NCBI GenBank assembly: GCA_013239625.1
Contig: MU054400.1
Location: 1,533,146 to 1,597,145 of the forward strand
Direction of reading: 5' to 3'
Source: Lama guanicoe
Lineage: Eukaryota
Length of the DNA stretch: 64,000 bases
Part shown: positions 14,190 through 26,299 of the stretch, one piece after another
Layout of the letters: every line of letters starts with the position of its first letter
Numbering within the stretch: the stretch's first letter is position 1
Program-made: the position numbers and the translations under genes
Notes under the pieces: generated by a model
Told to the model about the DNA's origin: nothing
Seen by the model: only the letters and a program-made list of their open reading frames with translations
Databases searched by the model: none

Positions 14190-16590
14190 AATTTACTGAG
14201 AGATAATTCACATATCATACCATACATATCAAATTCATCTATTTAAAGTATACAATTCAATGCTTTTGGTATATTCATAGATAACCATCACTACAGTTTT
14301 AGAACATATTCATCATCTTAAAAAGAAACCCTCACCTTTCAGCTATCACCCAGATGGCCTCCCCAATACTGCTCTAAGCAACCACTAATCTACTTTCTAT
14401 TTCTATACATTTCCCTATTCTATACTTTAATATAAATGGAATCATATGGTATGTAATCTTTTGTGATTGGCTTCTTTCCCTTAGCATTATGTTTTCAAAG
14501 TTCATCAATACTTCATCCTTTTTTTAATGACTGAAAAATATTCCATTGTACAGATATACCACATTTTGCTTATCCATTCATCTGCTTATGAATACTTGGG
14601 TTCTTTCTGCCTTTTGGCTATTATGAATAAAGCTGCTATAAATATTCGTGTGGAAGTTTCTATGTGGACATGTTTTCATTTCTCTTGAAATGTACCTAAG
14701 AGCAGAATTGCTGGGTCATATGGTAACTTTATGTTTAATCATCTGAGGAACTGCCAGACTGTTTTCTAAAGTGGTTGTACCACATTCTACATTATTACCA
14801 GTAGCGTTATGAGAGTCCCATATCTTAAAATCTTTGCTGACACCTGTTGTTATCTGACTTTGATTTGAACAATTCTAGTGGGTATGAAGTGGTATCTCAC
14901 TGTGGTTTTGATCTGCATTTCTCTGATGACTAATGATGCTGAGCATCTTTTCATGTACTTATTGGCTATCTGTATCTTTGAAGAAACATCTATTCAGATA
15001 CTTTGCCCATTTTAGGATCTGGTTTGTCTTTTTGTGATTACATTGTAAGAGTTCTTTATATATTCTAGATGGAAGCCCTTTTATCAGATATATGATTTAT
15101 AAATATTTTTCTATTTCACATGTTGCATTTTCACAATCCTGATAGTGTCCTTTGATGCACAAATTTTTAATTTTGGTGAAGTCCAATTTATTTTTTTATT
15201 GTCTGTCCCTCCAGTGTCATATCTAATAAATCATTGCCAAGTAAATGGCATTATGATTTCCCCCTATATATTCTTATAAATGAGTTTTACAGTTTTAGCT
15301 CCGAGTTAATTTTTGTAGACGGTGTAAGGTAAGGGTTCAACTTCATTCTTTTGCGTGTAGATACTCAGTTGTCCCAGTGCCATTTGTTGAAGAGATTATT
15401 CTTCCCCGCTGAATGGTCTTGGTACTTTTGTCAAAAATCAGTTGGCCATAGATTTGGGGGTTTATTCCTAGACTCTTAATTCTGTTTCATTGATGTATAT
15501 GTCTCTCTTTGTGCCTGCAACACACTGTCTTAATTACTGTTGCTTTGTAGTAAGTTTTGAAATTGGGAAATGTGAGTCCTCCTACTTAATTCTTTTTAGC
15601 ATTATTCTGGCTATTCAAGGTCCCTTGCAATTCCATGTGCATTTTATTATTTTTTTATTTTTATTTTTTTGGGGGGGCAGAGGTAATTTGGTTTATTTAC
15701 TTAGTTTTTCATGGAGATACTGGGGATTGACCCCAGGACCTTGTGCATGCTAAGCAGGCACTCTACCACTGAGTTACCCAACACCCACTCCCATCCATGT
15801 GTATTTCAGAATCAACTTGTCAATTTTTATAACGAAGTCATCTGGGATTCTGGTAGGTACTGTGTTGAATCTCTAGATCAATCCAGGGAGTACTGTCATC
15901 TTGATAGTGTTGTCTTCCAATCCATGAACATGACATTTAAAAGGAAACTTTTTTTCTTAAAATAAAAAAAAATAGAAGTATAGTTGATTTACAATGCTGT
16001 GTTGGTTTCAGGTGTATAGCAAAATGATTCATAAGAAAATCTTTACTTAGATATTCTTTAATTTCTTTTAATAATTTTTCAGTTTTCAGAGTATACATTT
16101 TGCACTTCTTCTGTTAAATTTATTCCTAAGTATTACTCTTATTGATGGTATTAAGAATGGAGGTTTTAAAAATTTCATTTTCAGATTATTCATTCCAAGT
16201 GTATAGAAATACAACTGATTTTTGTATATTGAGCTTGTAATCTGCAACCTCACTGAACTCATTTATTAACTCTAATAGTTTTTAAGTACATTCCTTAGAA
16301 TTTCCTATGTATAAGATCATGTATTCTGTGAATAGATTTATTTTTACTTCTTCCTTTCCAAACTGGATGCCTTTTCTTTCTTTTTCTTGCCTGACAGATC
16401 TAGTTAGAACCTCCAATACAATGTTGAATATAAGGAGTGAGAGTGAACATTCTTTTCTTTTTCTGGATCTTAATGGGGAAAGTATTCAGTCTTTTGCCAT
16501 TAAGTGATGCAGTCGTGGGATTTTTGTAGATGTCCTTTATTAGGCTGGGGAAATTCCCTCCTACTCCTAGTTTGTTTATGACGAAGGGTT
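14190..16590 (-). mobile_element. LINE-1 (L1MB-like), antisense, carrying nested younger inserts
   Basis: Reverse-complement ORF2 and 3' UTR (ttgctgggtcatatggtaac, gtggtatctcactgtggttttg). Confidence 0.85.
15645..15795 (-). mobile_element. tRNA-derived SINE (camelid Vic-1-like)
   Basis: Minus strand reads aactcagtggtagagtgcctgcttagcatgcacaaggtcctggggtcaatccccagta (A/B boxes) followed by an A-rich tail. Confidence 0.85.
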
Positions 16591-17429
16591 GTTCCCTGGT
16601 CATTCTTATGTCATGCTAGAAGAGAGCTGGATATCCTGAGCCATGGGATTGTTCTTTTGACCAGCCAGTGGCCTCTCACCTATTCTCCCTGCTACTGGTA
16701 GCAGTGTAAGCAAGCTAGGGTGCAGTCAACACTAAAAGAGATTATTCTAGGAATATTGTGATTATGGCCTAAAGAATTCAAGAAAAGACATAGTGGATGG
16801 TACATTGTTTTACATTTATATCATCAAATTCCAAAGTGTAAATTTAACAATCTAGAAAACAAAATTACCATTCACATCTGACTACATACTCTGGGTAAGA
16901 CCTGCATTTGTGCTCATCATTAATGAAACACTGCAGCAACCAATGAAAATCTTCAGAAGCCAGTATTCGCAGGTGACAAGATGGATGATGTGGTGCCTTA
17001 ATTCATGATGTAACTAGCATTAAATAAATGGCATTAGGAAAACAGAGAGGCAAGAAGGTCTATACTGTTTCAAGACAAATAGGTTCTGAAGAGTCATAAT
17101 CCTGTGAGTAATAATACTATCATTACCTTTTTCTCAGGTGTGAGATGTGAAATTAGCCAGGAATGATGCATCTGAAATAAAGATAAAAAGATCACTGTTA
17201 GAGAGTACCAAGAATCTTTATGTACACTGATATGACAGTAAGTAAATATGTAAGTACCATTTGTTTTTACCCATTACCCCAAATCTTCATTAACAAAGCA
17301 TCATACCTTATGTGGGGTGATGAATGTAATAATACAACTTTTAATCAGATTGTTTACATAATCAGGGTCCTTGCAAAAACATTTACTTGGGATCCTGCAT
17401 ATTCTCAATGTGGTTCTGGAAGCAGTACA

Positions 17430-17640
17430 GTAATACCAAGGGTTAAGAGTATGGGCTCTGGAGTCAGAATACCTAAATTTCACTTAATTAATAGCTATGT
17501 GATCTTGGACAGGTTGCTTAATCTCTCTGTGCCTTACTTTCTACATCGGTATACAGTAAACAATGAAAGTACGTTACTTACTTCATGGTGATGTCCTGAA
17601 GTTTAAATTACATAATATATACAGTGTTTAGTATCTAGCA
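17430..17640 (+). mobile_element. MIR SINE
   Basis: ggttaagagtatgggctctggagtcag...gtgatcttggacagg...tctctgtgcct core. Confidence 0.7.
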
Positions 17641-18169
17641 TTTTGCGTCTTAAAGTGATAGCAATATATAGCACTGTACTTACCTTGTACTGTATTTATT
17701 CCCTACTGGTAAGTTTCACAATGGTAAGGACAGAATGAGTTCCTCCTTGTATCCCCTACACGATGAAGTGAACTGTATTTGTGATACAAAAATTGAATTC
17801 ATCTGGAAACATGGGGTCTATTAAAATATAAATAAAATACTAAAAAACCAATTTAAGTAAAAAGAGCCTCAGCATATCGTTTGCATTTCTTCAATTACTG
17901 CTTCATAATGAGCTGCTGAGGGCTTCATAACTTCTAACTTTTTTTGTCCCCCCTCCCCCACTTTCTTCAAAGAATCTAGTTTGGTGTTTAAGTTCACATT
18001 ACAGCTCTCAGAACTGCTAACTGGATGGCCTGAAGGGTAAGGCTGCTGCAGCAAAAAGTGGGCCACATCAGGGTACAGCTTTGCTCCTGGGGATAGAAGA
18101 CCAATAATCTCAGAAAACAGGGCACAGAAGAGTTGGGCCAGCCAAGCACGTTGTAAAGGCTGATTTGGA

Positions 18170-18870
18170 CCCTCTGCCGTGGGGCCTCTGCGAGGGGGTC
18201 CTGACGGCCGTGGGCCGGGGGGCCTGCGTAGGCAGCTGACCTCAGTAGGAGAGGTAAGGCCCGGCCGAGGCCGCTGCATGAGTCATTCTCACCTCCCCGG
18301 GCAGGTGCGGGCGGCAGGACGCTTCAGCAGGACTGGGAGCCGCCGTAGCCCTCGCGGAGCCCCCTCCCGGGCCGCCTCCTCCAGGCGGACACAAGCCTTG
18401 CCGAGGGCGGTCAGGCCGCCGCAGTCCCAGCGCCGCAAAGCCCGGTGCTGGTGAGGGGCGCTCACTGGCATCCGGACCCACAGCTCGTCAGAGTGGGCCG
18501 TCGAACCCGCGTCGAGCTGCGGCCGTCCATCGGCGCGCACTCGTCAGTTGAGGCGCGAGGACTGCGCGTCAAGGCGCAGGAGAGCAGGCGGGGCGGGGCG
18601 GGGCGGGGCGGGGCACGAGGCGCTCATCTTGCGCAGGCGCATGCGCAGGCTCACGCGCCACAGCCGCACGCGCCACAGCCGCGCGGTGGCGGAGAGGGTG
18701 GGTGTGCTCAGCGCGCGCGCAGCCGCCTTTTCAACCTGCTGCTCCACCCGCGCCGCATACTCCCCGCGCTCGGCGCCAGCGCGCCGGCTCCCGAACTGCA
18801 GTAGACGGTGCGGGGCCAGCGCCGCAGCAGAGGCGGCAAGCCCAGGAGCATCTGAGCTTGTGCCCTAGAA
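18170..18870. promoter_or_regulatory. CpG island / promoter-like element with (GGGGC)5 Sp1 boxes, overlapping NRF1 sites and an AP-1 site
   Basis: Very GC- and CpG-rich against AT-rich flanks; (GGGGC)5 at 18590-18614; TGCGCAGGCGCATGCGCA at 18630-18647; TGAGTCA at 18279-18285. Confidence 0.8.
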
Positions 18871-18889
18871 CTTCCTGGAAGGAACCTGT

Positions 18890-19525
18890 GAAGGGAAGGA
18901 GAGGGGAAAATCTTCATGACCTTGGATTTGGGAATGGTCTCTTAAGTCTGACGTCAAAAGCACAGACAACAAAAGAAAACCTGGATAAATTGGAGTGCAT
19001 CAAAATTTAAAATTTGTGTATCAAAGGACACAATCATTTGATTGTGAAAAGACAACCCATGGAATGGGAGAAAATATTTGCAAACATATATCTGAAAAGG
19101 GGCTAATAGCCAATTAGAAAAAGAACTCCTACAACTCAACAACAGCAAAAAAACCCAACTCAATTCAAAAATAGGAAAATGACATGAAGAGACATTGCTT
19201 CAAACAAGATACACAAATGGACAATCAGCACATGAAAAGATGCTTAACATCATTCGTCATTGGGGGAATGCAAATCAAAACCGCAATGGGAGATACTACA
19301 TCACACCCACAGAGAGCTATTATCAAAAAAAAAAAAAAAAGGCGAGGGTGGGAATAATGTTTGCGAGGATGTGGAAAAACTGGAATCCTGCTGCATCGCT
19401 GGTGGAAATGTAAAATGGTGCAGCTGCTGTGGAAAATGTTACATGGTTCCTGAAAACATTAAAAAGAATTTCCATATGACCCAGCAATTCTACTCTGAGG
19501 TATGTATCCAAAAGAAACGTGATGT
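18890..19525 (+). mobile_element. LINE-1 ORF2 fragment adjoining the CpG island
   Basis: GENLHDLGFGNG...ENLDKLECIKI peptide; ccatatgacccagcaattctactc. Confidence 0.85.
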
Positions 19526-20319
19526 GTAATGGAAACTGACTAAATCACCAAATTTAGTAGCTCTCTCCTGTGATCAGAGAAATCATCCATGTCTGTTGTA
19601 CTGATTACCTATTACCATCACCGTACCTAGCGTGGATTCACCATTCCGGCTCCACTTCTGAGGAAGCAGAAAATGAGCTTGTGATTACAATTTCAAGAAA
19701 TGAGTTGTGAAGAGTTGGTCTTCTTAATCCCCTCTAGCCTGCATTGAACTAGAGAGAGGGTACTGACGCTGTGATTGCAAATAAACTCTGCTTTCCCCAG
19801 TCGTCTTTTCAGCATTTTTTCAAGAAAAAATTCTTGAACACTTACTCTGTGTAGAGCTGTGGGAACTATCTCGATTGTTCCTCCTTCCTGAACTCAAAGA
19901 AAACCTGGAGCTCCTTTTTATACCCGTGAAACCCACTGATTTGGGTTGCTTCTCTGCTTGCCTTTTCAAAGGTTTCTTTTGCTTTTACTACTGCCATGGG
20001 GACACCCCTCCCCATGTTCTAGATCACTGCTAGTTACATTTTTGAGCCTTTTACAAATATCTGCTACTGCCATATCAAGAATGAAATGAAGACAACAGGG
20101 TAATTTGCATCTAATATGCAGGATGAAATGGTTCCAGTCTATTAGGAGGGCTGCAGGCTCTCCATAGCTACATGTCTTTATAGGATGAGCTGAGGGAGAG
20201 GAGTTCTCTAGATGCCTTCTCCTTCCCTATTTCTTCCTTAGCTCATGCTGTGGAATTAGGGTGTGCCTTGCACACACACAAATTCCATGCTGCACACATA
20301 TGCCTTTCTGCCTTACAGA

Positions 20320-20890
20320 TGTTTCTCTTACTCTCATGTAACAAATTACCACAAATGTGATTTAAAACAACCCACAGTTTATTATCTCACAGTCTCTGTG
20401 GGTCAGGAGTCCAGCTTGGTCCTCTGCTTATGGTCTTACAAGGCTGCAATCAAGGGGTTGGCTGGTCTCATCTGGAGGCTTAAGTTGGGAAGAATCTTCC
20501 AAGCTCGCTCAGGTTGTTCGCAGAATTCATTTCTATGCAGTTGTAGGACTGAGAGCCCTTGCTTCTTCCTGGCTGTCAGCTGGAGGCCACCCTCAACATC
20601 TAAAGGCCACCCACAGTTCCTTGAGGCCCCCCTACAGTTCTTTGTCACTTGGGTTTTCCCAACATGGCCATTTCATCAAGCCGAAAAGTAGGCTCTACAG
20701 TGGGTATACTAGAAGACAATCTTACATAATGTAATATAATTATGCGAGTGACATCCCATCACCTTTGCTGTGTTCTGTTGATTAGAATCAGATCACATGT
20801 CCACCCACATTCAGGAGGATGGGATTACACAAAGCATGAACACCAGGAGGTGGGAATCATGAAGGGAAGACCTCAGAGACTGTCTCCACA
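20320..20890 (-). mobile_element. MaLR LTR (MLT1-like)
   Basis: gtaacaaattaccacaaat...ttaaaacaa...tttattatctcacagt...gggtcaggagtcc, characteristic of MLT1 on the reverse strand. Confidence 0.7.
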
Positions 20891-21675
20891 AACAGCACCA
20901 AGGAAAGGTTTAAGTTATCATCTGCTCTCATTTCTTCCATTTCATTCAGCCAAATGGGCTGATTCTACTTTCTTGTTCCACTGTTACTTACCATCACTTG
21001 CCCCTGCCCTGCCCCTTGAAGTTTTTTCCAAACCTTTCTCAAGTTACCATAAATTCTTTAACATTCATATTGTCCCTATGATGATATCTTCTGTCTCTCT
21101 TTCTTCCTTGATAAGGATGAAAGAACTCTAGTTTCCCCTATCAGCCAAAGAAGCAATCAATAAACATAATTTATGGGGTCTTTGTTAATTGATTTCCTTT
21201 CTAACCACAGTGTCTCTCCTGGGACCTCTTCCAGCACAGGGAAAGCCAGTTTTTTGAGTTTTTTTCATCAGCCACTTGTTTTTAATCCATTGCCAGTCAC
21301 TATTGAGAGAGGCAGACCACCATGGGCCTTTAGTATTCCTCAAGGTTCTTCTTACTGGGTATGCCAAGAATACAAATCCTCCACTGTTTTCCAGGCTGTT
21401 TCTCAGGGTTGTGTCTGCAACAAGTATCCTTGACAAACATGGCAACACCCCCTCTTATAGAAGGATCAGGTGTGCTTCTTCTTACTATAAAAGCAGTGAA
21501 TCTCCGAACCTCAGTGTTGCTCTCTTGTCACACAGTGCACTGTATGTGCAGGCATCCCATGCCACTCCCATGGCACGTGGTAGACATGGGGATCTGATGC
21601 CAAAAAACAAACAAACAAACAAACAAACATGCTAAAGCTCTTGCTAGGTCTGCGCTATGAGTAATAAAATCCTTT

Positions 21676-22287
21676 TTTTTAAAATTTTTTAAAAAATTTT
21701 TAACATTTTTTATTGATTTATAATCATTTTACAATGTTGTGTCAAATTCCAGTGTTCAGCACAATTTTTCAGTCATTCATGGACATATACACACTCATTG
21801 TCACATTTTTTTCTCTGTGATTTATCATAACATTTTGTGTATATTTCCCTGTGCTATACAGTGTAATCTTGTTTATCTATTCTACAATTTTGAAATCCCA
21901 GTCTATCCCTTCCCACCCTCTACCCCCCTGGTAACCACAAGTCTGTATTCTCTGTCCATGAGTCTATTTCTGTCCTGTATTTATGCTTTGTTTTTGTTTG
22001 TTTGTTTNNNNNNNNNNNNNNNNNNNNNNNNNNNNNNNNNNNNNNNNNNNNNNNNNNNNNNNNNNNNNNNNNNNNNNNNNNNNNNNNNNNNNNNNNNNNN
22101 NNNNNNNNNNNNNNNNNNNNNNNNNNNNNNNNNNNNNNTCCTTCTGGAGCCCAGGAGTGGGATTCTTGGGTCATATGGTGGTGTCTATTCCTACTCTTTT
22201 GAGGAATCTCCATACTGTTTTCCATAGTGGCTGCACCAAACTGCATTCCCACCAGCAGTGTAGGAGGGTTCCCCTTTCTCCACAGCC
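21676..22287 (-). mobile_element. Young 5'-truncated LINE-1 with a 12-bp TSD; contains the assembly gap
   Basis: TSD ataaaatccttt at 21664-21675 and 22288-22299; poly(T) on the plus strand; 3' UTR related to 13073-14146. Confidence 0.9.
22008..22138. other. Assembly gap (131 N)
   Basis: Run of n characters. Confidence 1.
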
Positions 22288-25200
22288 ATAAAATCCTTTA
22301 TATCTGACTCAGGAGTCTTATGTCTTCTTCCAGCATTCATAGAACAGTAACAGAATAAGTAGTTAACTTACAAATAGAGTAAACTCTGCACAGTTCTTGA
22401 CAGTCCTTACCATTTGTTTTTCCAGAACCTGAAGCTGATTTTGTTAATTTCTCAAGAACCTCATGTGCATATCTTGGAGCCTGCAGCCCTGAATCAAGAC
22501 CTCTCTTGATCCTCAGGTCAGTCTGGATGTGGACTTTAAGAAAGGGGTCACAGAGACTAGGATGGCTACACATTGGAGATGTGAGTATCCCTCTAAGTGT
22601 TTCTGGGTGAAGGTTTTGGCTTGGTGAGCTCTCGAGAGTGCCTCGGCAGTGTTTGACAGCCTCTGGGGTGGCCGAGGTACAGAGCAGGCTGCACTGGGGG
22701 TCCTGGTGGTGAGGATGGGGGAAGGGAGGTTCCCAGGGCTAACTTCAGCTCTACCTCTGCTGATGAGTCCAGAGTGAGCACATTCTATCACCAGATGGAG
22801 ACCCTGGGACAGGGGAGAGGTGCGCTAATGCACCCATACTCACCCCATGTCAGCAGGCCCACTAGCTCTTTAGGACAGGCACCTGGGCCAGGCTCTGCGG
22901 TGGAGGGTCTAGGTGCGGGTGTTGTGAGAGTCTGGGAATCCCCACGTTGGGAAGTGGCCACATTCCCTTCAGCTCCAGGCCCCAGGCCCATTTGTTCCCG
23001 CCTGGTGGGGGTTCCAGGGCAACAGATGCTCCCAGCTTGGCAGGCAGGAGGTGGGGAGGGGTATGGCGGGAACTTCAGCTCCGCGGCTGGGCTAGTCCCG
23101 GAACAGGGCTTGGGGCGCGCTGGGCCCCTGTGGGCTTGTATGTTTATCAAGGGTCAGAGGATCTGGGTGCGCTGGTACTCCTGGGTTCCCAGCTGAGCGC
23201 TGAGCCCTGCAAAGACAAGCTGCCCCGATGGCTGTGCAGCTGTTACTGAGGGAGCTGCTGGGTTCCTGGACTGCAAATGACCCATTCATTACCTTCCTCA
23301 GTGTGTGGTATCTGTGTGCCCAGCGTAGCTGCAGACATGACTCGATGGCTACCTAGGGTCAGGGTTAGAGCTAGGACTATGCTTGGAATAGCACTGATGG
23401 AGTGGTTACGGATTAGAGGTAGACAGTGGTAAGCATAAGGTCATGTAAAGAATTTTTTGGTATTACCTTGACACAGTGTGTCTGTCTGGTTTGCTCTTCC
23501 TTTAGATTCTGTTTTTGCTGCATCGGAGAGACTGAGGGCTAGGACCCTGCAGTAAACTGGGGACACTCCTAGGAATGGGGGTGGGTGTGTAGGTGAAGGA
23601 TGGGGCTGCTGAAGAGGGCAGGGGACTCAGTTGCTGACCTTGACAAAGCACACAGCCAAGTTGAACCAAGCGTAGGCAAGTGGGACCGAAATTACAAAGC
23701 AGAGTTTAGAGGTGGATGAGCAGGCCTAGGAGGATTTATGGAGAGAAGGGCTTTGAAAGGTGGATTTGGAATGCATTTGTGTCTGTGGGTCTGCAGCCGC
23801 GTCTGTTTGCATGTGTGCAGCCTGTCTTTGTGTCTGCGTGTGTGGGGTGCCGGGGTCTGCTCGAGTGTGTCCGAGTCAGGGTATTCATGGGTCTGTGTAG
23901 GTGTGTTTCCGGAACAGGTCTCTGGGTACTCTGAGTTAGTTTCTGAGCGGCATCACTGGATTTATGTGCTCCTGTTTCTGTGTCTGTGTGGCTGGGTGTG
24001 TGTATCCATGTGTCTTTGACTGTGTGTGAGGCTCTACTCTGGCCTCTCCCTTTACCCTGCCCCTCTCCCCCGATGCACCCCAGCTGCCAGCACTGTTTAC
24101 GGCAAGAGATGGCTTCCTTGCCCTTCCCACTGTCTGGATTCCCATGTGTCCACTGCCTGCCCTGGGCCTTGCCCCTGAGGCCTCTGTATCGGGCTTGACC
24201 TTGGAAATGCTACACTCTGGAAAGCCCCCAATATGCTCTTTGCCTGGCTGTGGACCCAGAGAAGTTACGGTGGAGGAGGGGGACAGGGCTTGGGAGAAGG
24301 GGGGTAGTTGGCAGCACGCACCCCTCCTTCTGGAAACAGAGATCTCCTTCTGGCCCCTTCTCAGGCCCCCTTTCCCCTTCCCATACTCTCATGCAGATCA
24401 AGTATTCAGGGTCCCGGCCTCACTGCCTGTGCGGATGGGAATGGACTGTCCTCTACAAGCCCAGCCAGACCGGTTAGGGATCTGGTCCTCTGCGTCCCCA
24501 GCACCTTACATGCCTGCATTGTGCTGATTCGTCACATCCCCGCCCACACTCAGGGCTGTGCTTCCTTCTTTCCTCTCCCTGCTGAGGACACAGGACCTTC
24601 ATTCTGTGACAGCCCAGGCCTGTGCCATGGGCCCCTGAGCCCAGGTGGAGCAGCAGTGAAGAGCAGAGGCTCAGCCCCACCTCGCCCGGTGCAGGGAGCA
24701 GCGTCTCTGCGGGGTTTATTCCTGTGCGTATCCTGTGTTTGCTGCCCTCCCTGCGGGGGCTGCAGTGAGAAGGTCCAAAAATGCAGCAGCCAGGGTCCCT
24801 GTTCACTAGGACTTAGTGTTTCATAGGAGAAGTGATTGTGTGGAGAAGCCGTTCTGCCCCGTTGCAGGTATCAGCTGCCTGGAATTCTCTCTCTAGAATT
24901 GTGAAATCCTCTCTGCAGAGACCAAGAGAAGAGCTCCAGAAGGTCAGAGCCATTTGCTGTGACAATATGGTATCTCAGAGGGCAGTGGCAAATGCCCGAG
25001 TTCCCAAGCAAGCACGGTATATTCCTGGCATCTCCCACCTCCTGGAGTAGTAAATACTTGAGAGTTTTCATTCTGATTTTACTCTTGAGCCTGGGGGAGC
25101 TGGAAGGTGGGGCTTGTGCTAGGGTCACAGAATGGGATGAGCAAGGCTTCATCCCTCTGCAACGTCCTGCAACATCAGCTCTTGGCTTTGCTGAGAAATG

Positions 25201-26299
25201 AGAACCCTGAAGGTCCTGGTTCCAGCTCATTTCTCTGCCCCCAGCCCTTTGTTGCAAACCTTGGTCAGCACTAAGAATTCATGCTGTTCTGGGGCAGGTA
25301 GCCTATGGAGGACCACAGGAAGGGCCCACTGTCCCTAAGCCAGGATGTGTGCACATTAACCTTGGCTTCCCACCTGACGCTGCTGTGACCCCTCTGAGTC
25401 AATTCCCTTCATTCCGGGCTTCCCTCTCATCTCCTTCTCTGTGGCCCTCTGCCCACCTGCCACCAGGCAGGGAGGATGTGGCTGTCACAAGACCTCCTAT
25501 GATCTTTGGGGATGCTTTAGGAAAACACTGCAGAGTGTGGCTCAGCAGGCCTGGGCCTTGTGCCTCCTCGCCCTGGGGGACTCAACAGGGGCTGGGCTCC
25601 CATCTGGTAGGTAGAGAATCACCATTCAGGGGAGGGACACATTCCTGCTTCTTCCCATCTTGGCTTCTGCATCCTGCTAGCAGTGGACACATTGTGCTAA
25701 GTGCTGGGTCCTGTCAGAGGAAGAGAGTCGTGCCCCCACCTCCTGCACTGATGGTATGTTGAGCCATCCTGGACTTGCTTAGCAATCGGTGAGGTGGGAG
25801 CATCCCATGGCCCCAATACCACAGCGTGAGGAAGCTGCAGTGCTTCCTGCCCTTCCTCCAGCTTTTGGCTCCTCTGTGGTAGGTCAGAAGGTGGGAGTGC
25901 AGAAGTGCCACCTTGTGAGAAATGAGGTGTCCAAAAGAGGGGTCCCTCCCATCCGCTCAGGGTGGCCTCTGTCTTTCTGCTTCCCAGTTCTCTCCTCCCA
26001 CTCCCCAAACTCCCTGGTCCCTGGCGGACACTGGCCACAGTTGTACTGTTTCTGGGTCTCTAGCCTCAGGCCTGAGGCTGCATGCATCTAGAATCTGTTT
26101 GCAGTCTGTCCTGCTGCTTCTGTCTTCCAGGAGCTTCTTCACACACATAGTCAGCAACTCAACCACCTTGAACACCCTCTGCTTAGGCTGTAATAGTAAT
26201 TTTCCATGGTAACCTCTAGAATCCATCTCCATGTCCAGCTTTCAGCTTTAGTTCTTCATACCCCTCCCTCCATCCGCAGCCATGGGCCCTTCCCAGCTC

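Larger units (their letters stand above)
21362..22402 (+). mobile_element. ERVL LTR (MER74/MER73-like) split by a young L1
   Basis: Ends ...agagtaaactctgcacagttcttgaca; the aataaaatccttt poly(A) region is duplicated by the L1 TSD. Confidence 0.6.

Noticed and set aside
15715..15795. tRNA-like A/B boxes (also at 37730-37802 and 44243-44404)
   Set aside because: They are tRNA-derived SINE heads with A-rich tails, not tRNA genes.
17869..19010. Many overlapping ORFs (67-136 aa) on both strands
   Set aside because: Expected from stop-codon scarcity in a GC-rich CpG island. The products are low-complexity Arg/Pro/Ala/Gly sequences with no recognisable domain, and one runs into L1 sequence.
21739..22291. 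ORFs containing X runs
   Set aside because: They span the N gap inside an L1 and are artifacts.
25265..25290. tcagcact...gctgttct resembling split RE1/REST half-sites
   Set aside because: Both halves deviate from the consensus (TCAGCACC / GGACAG), so the match is too weak.
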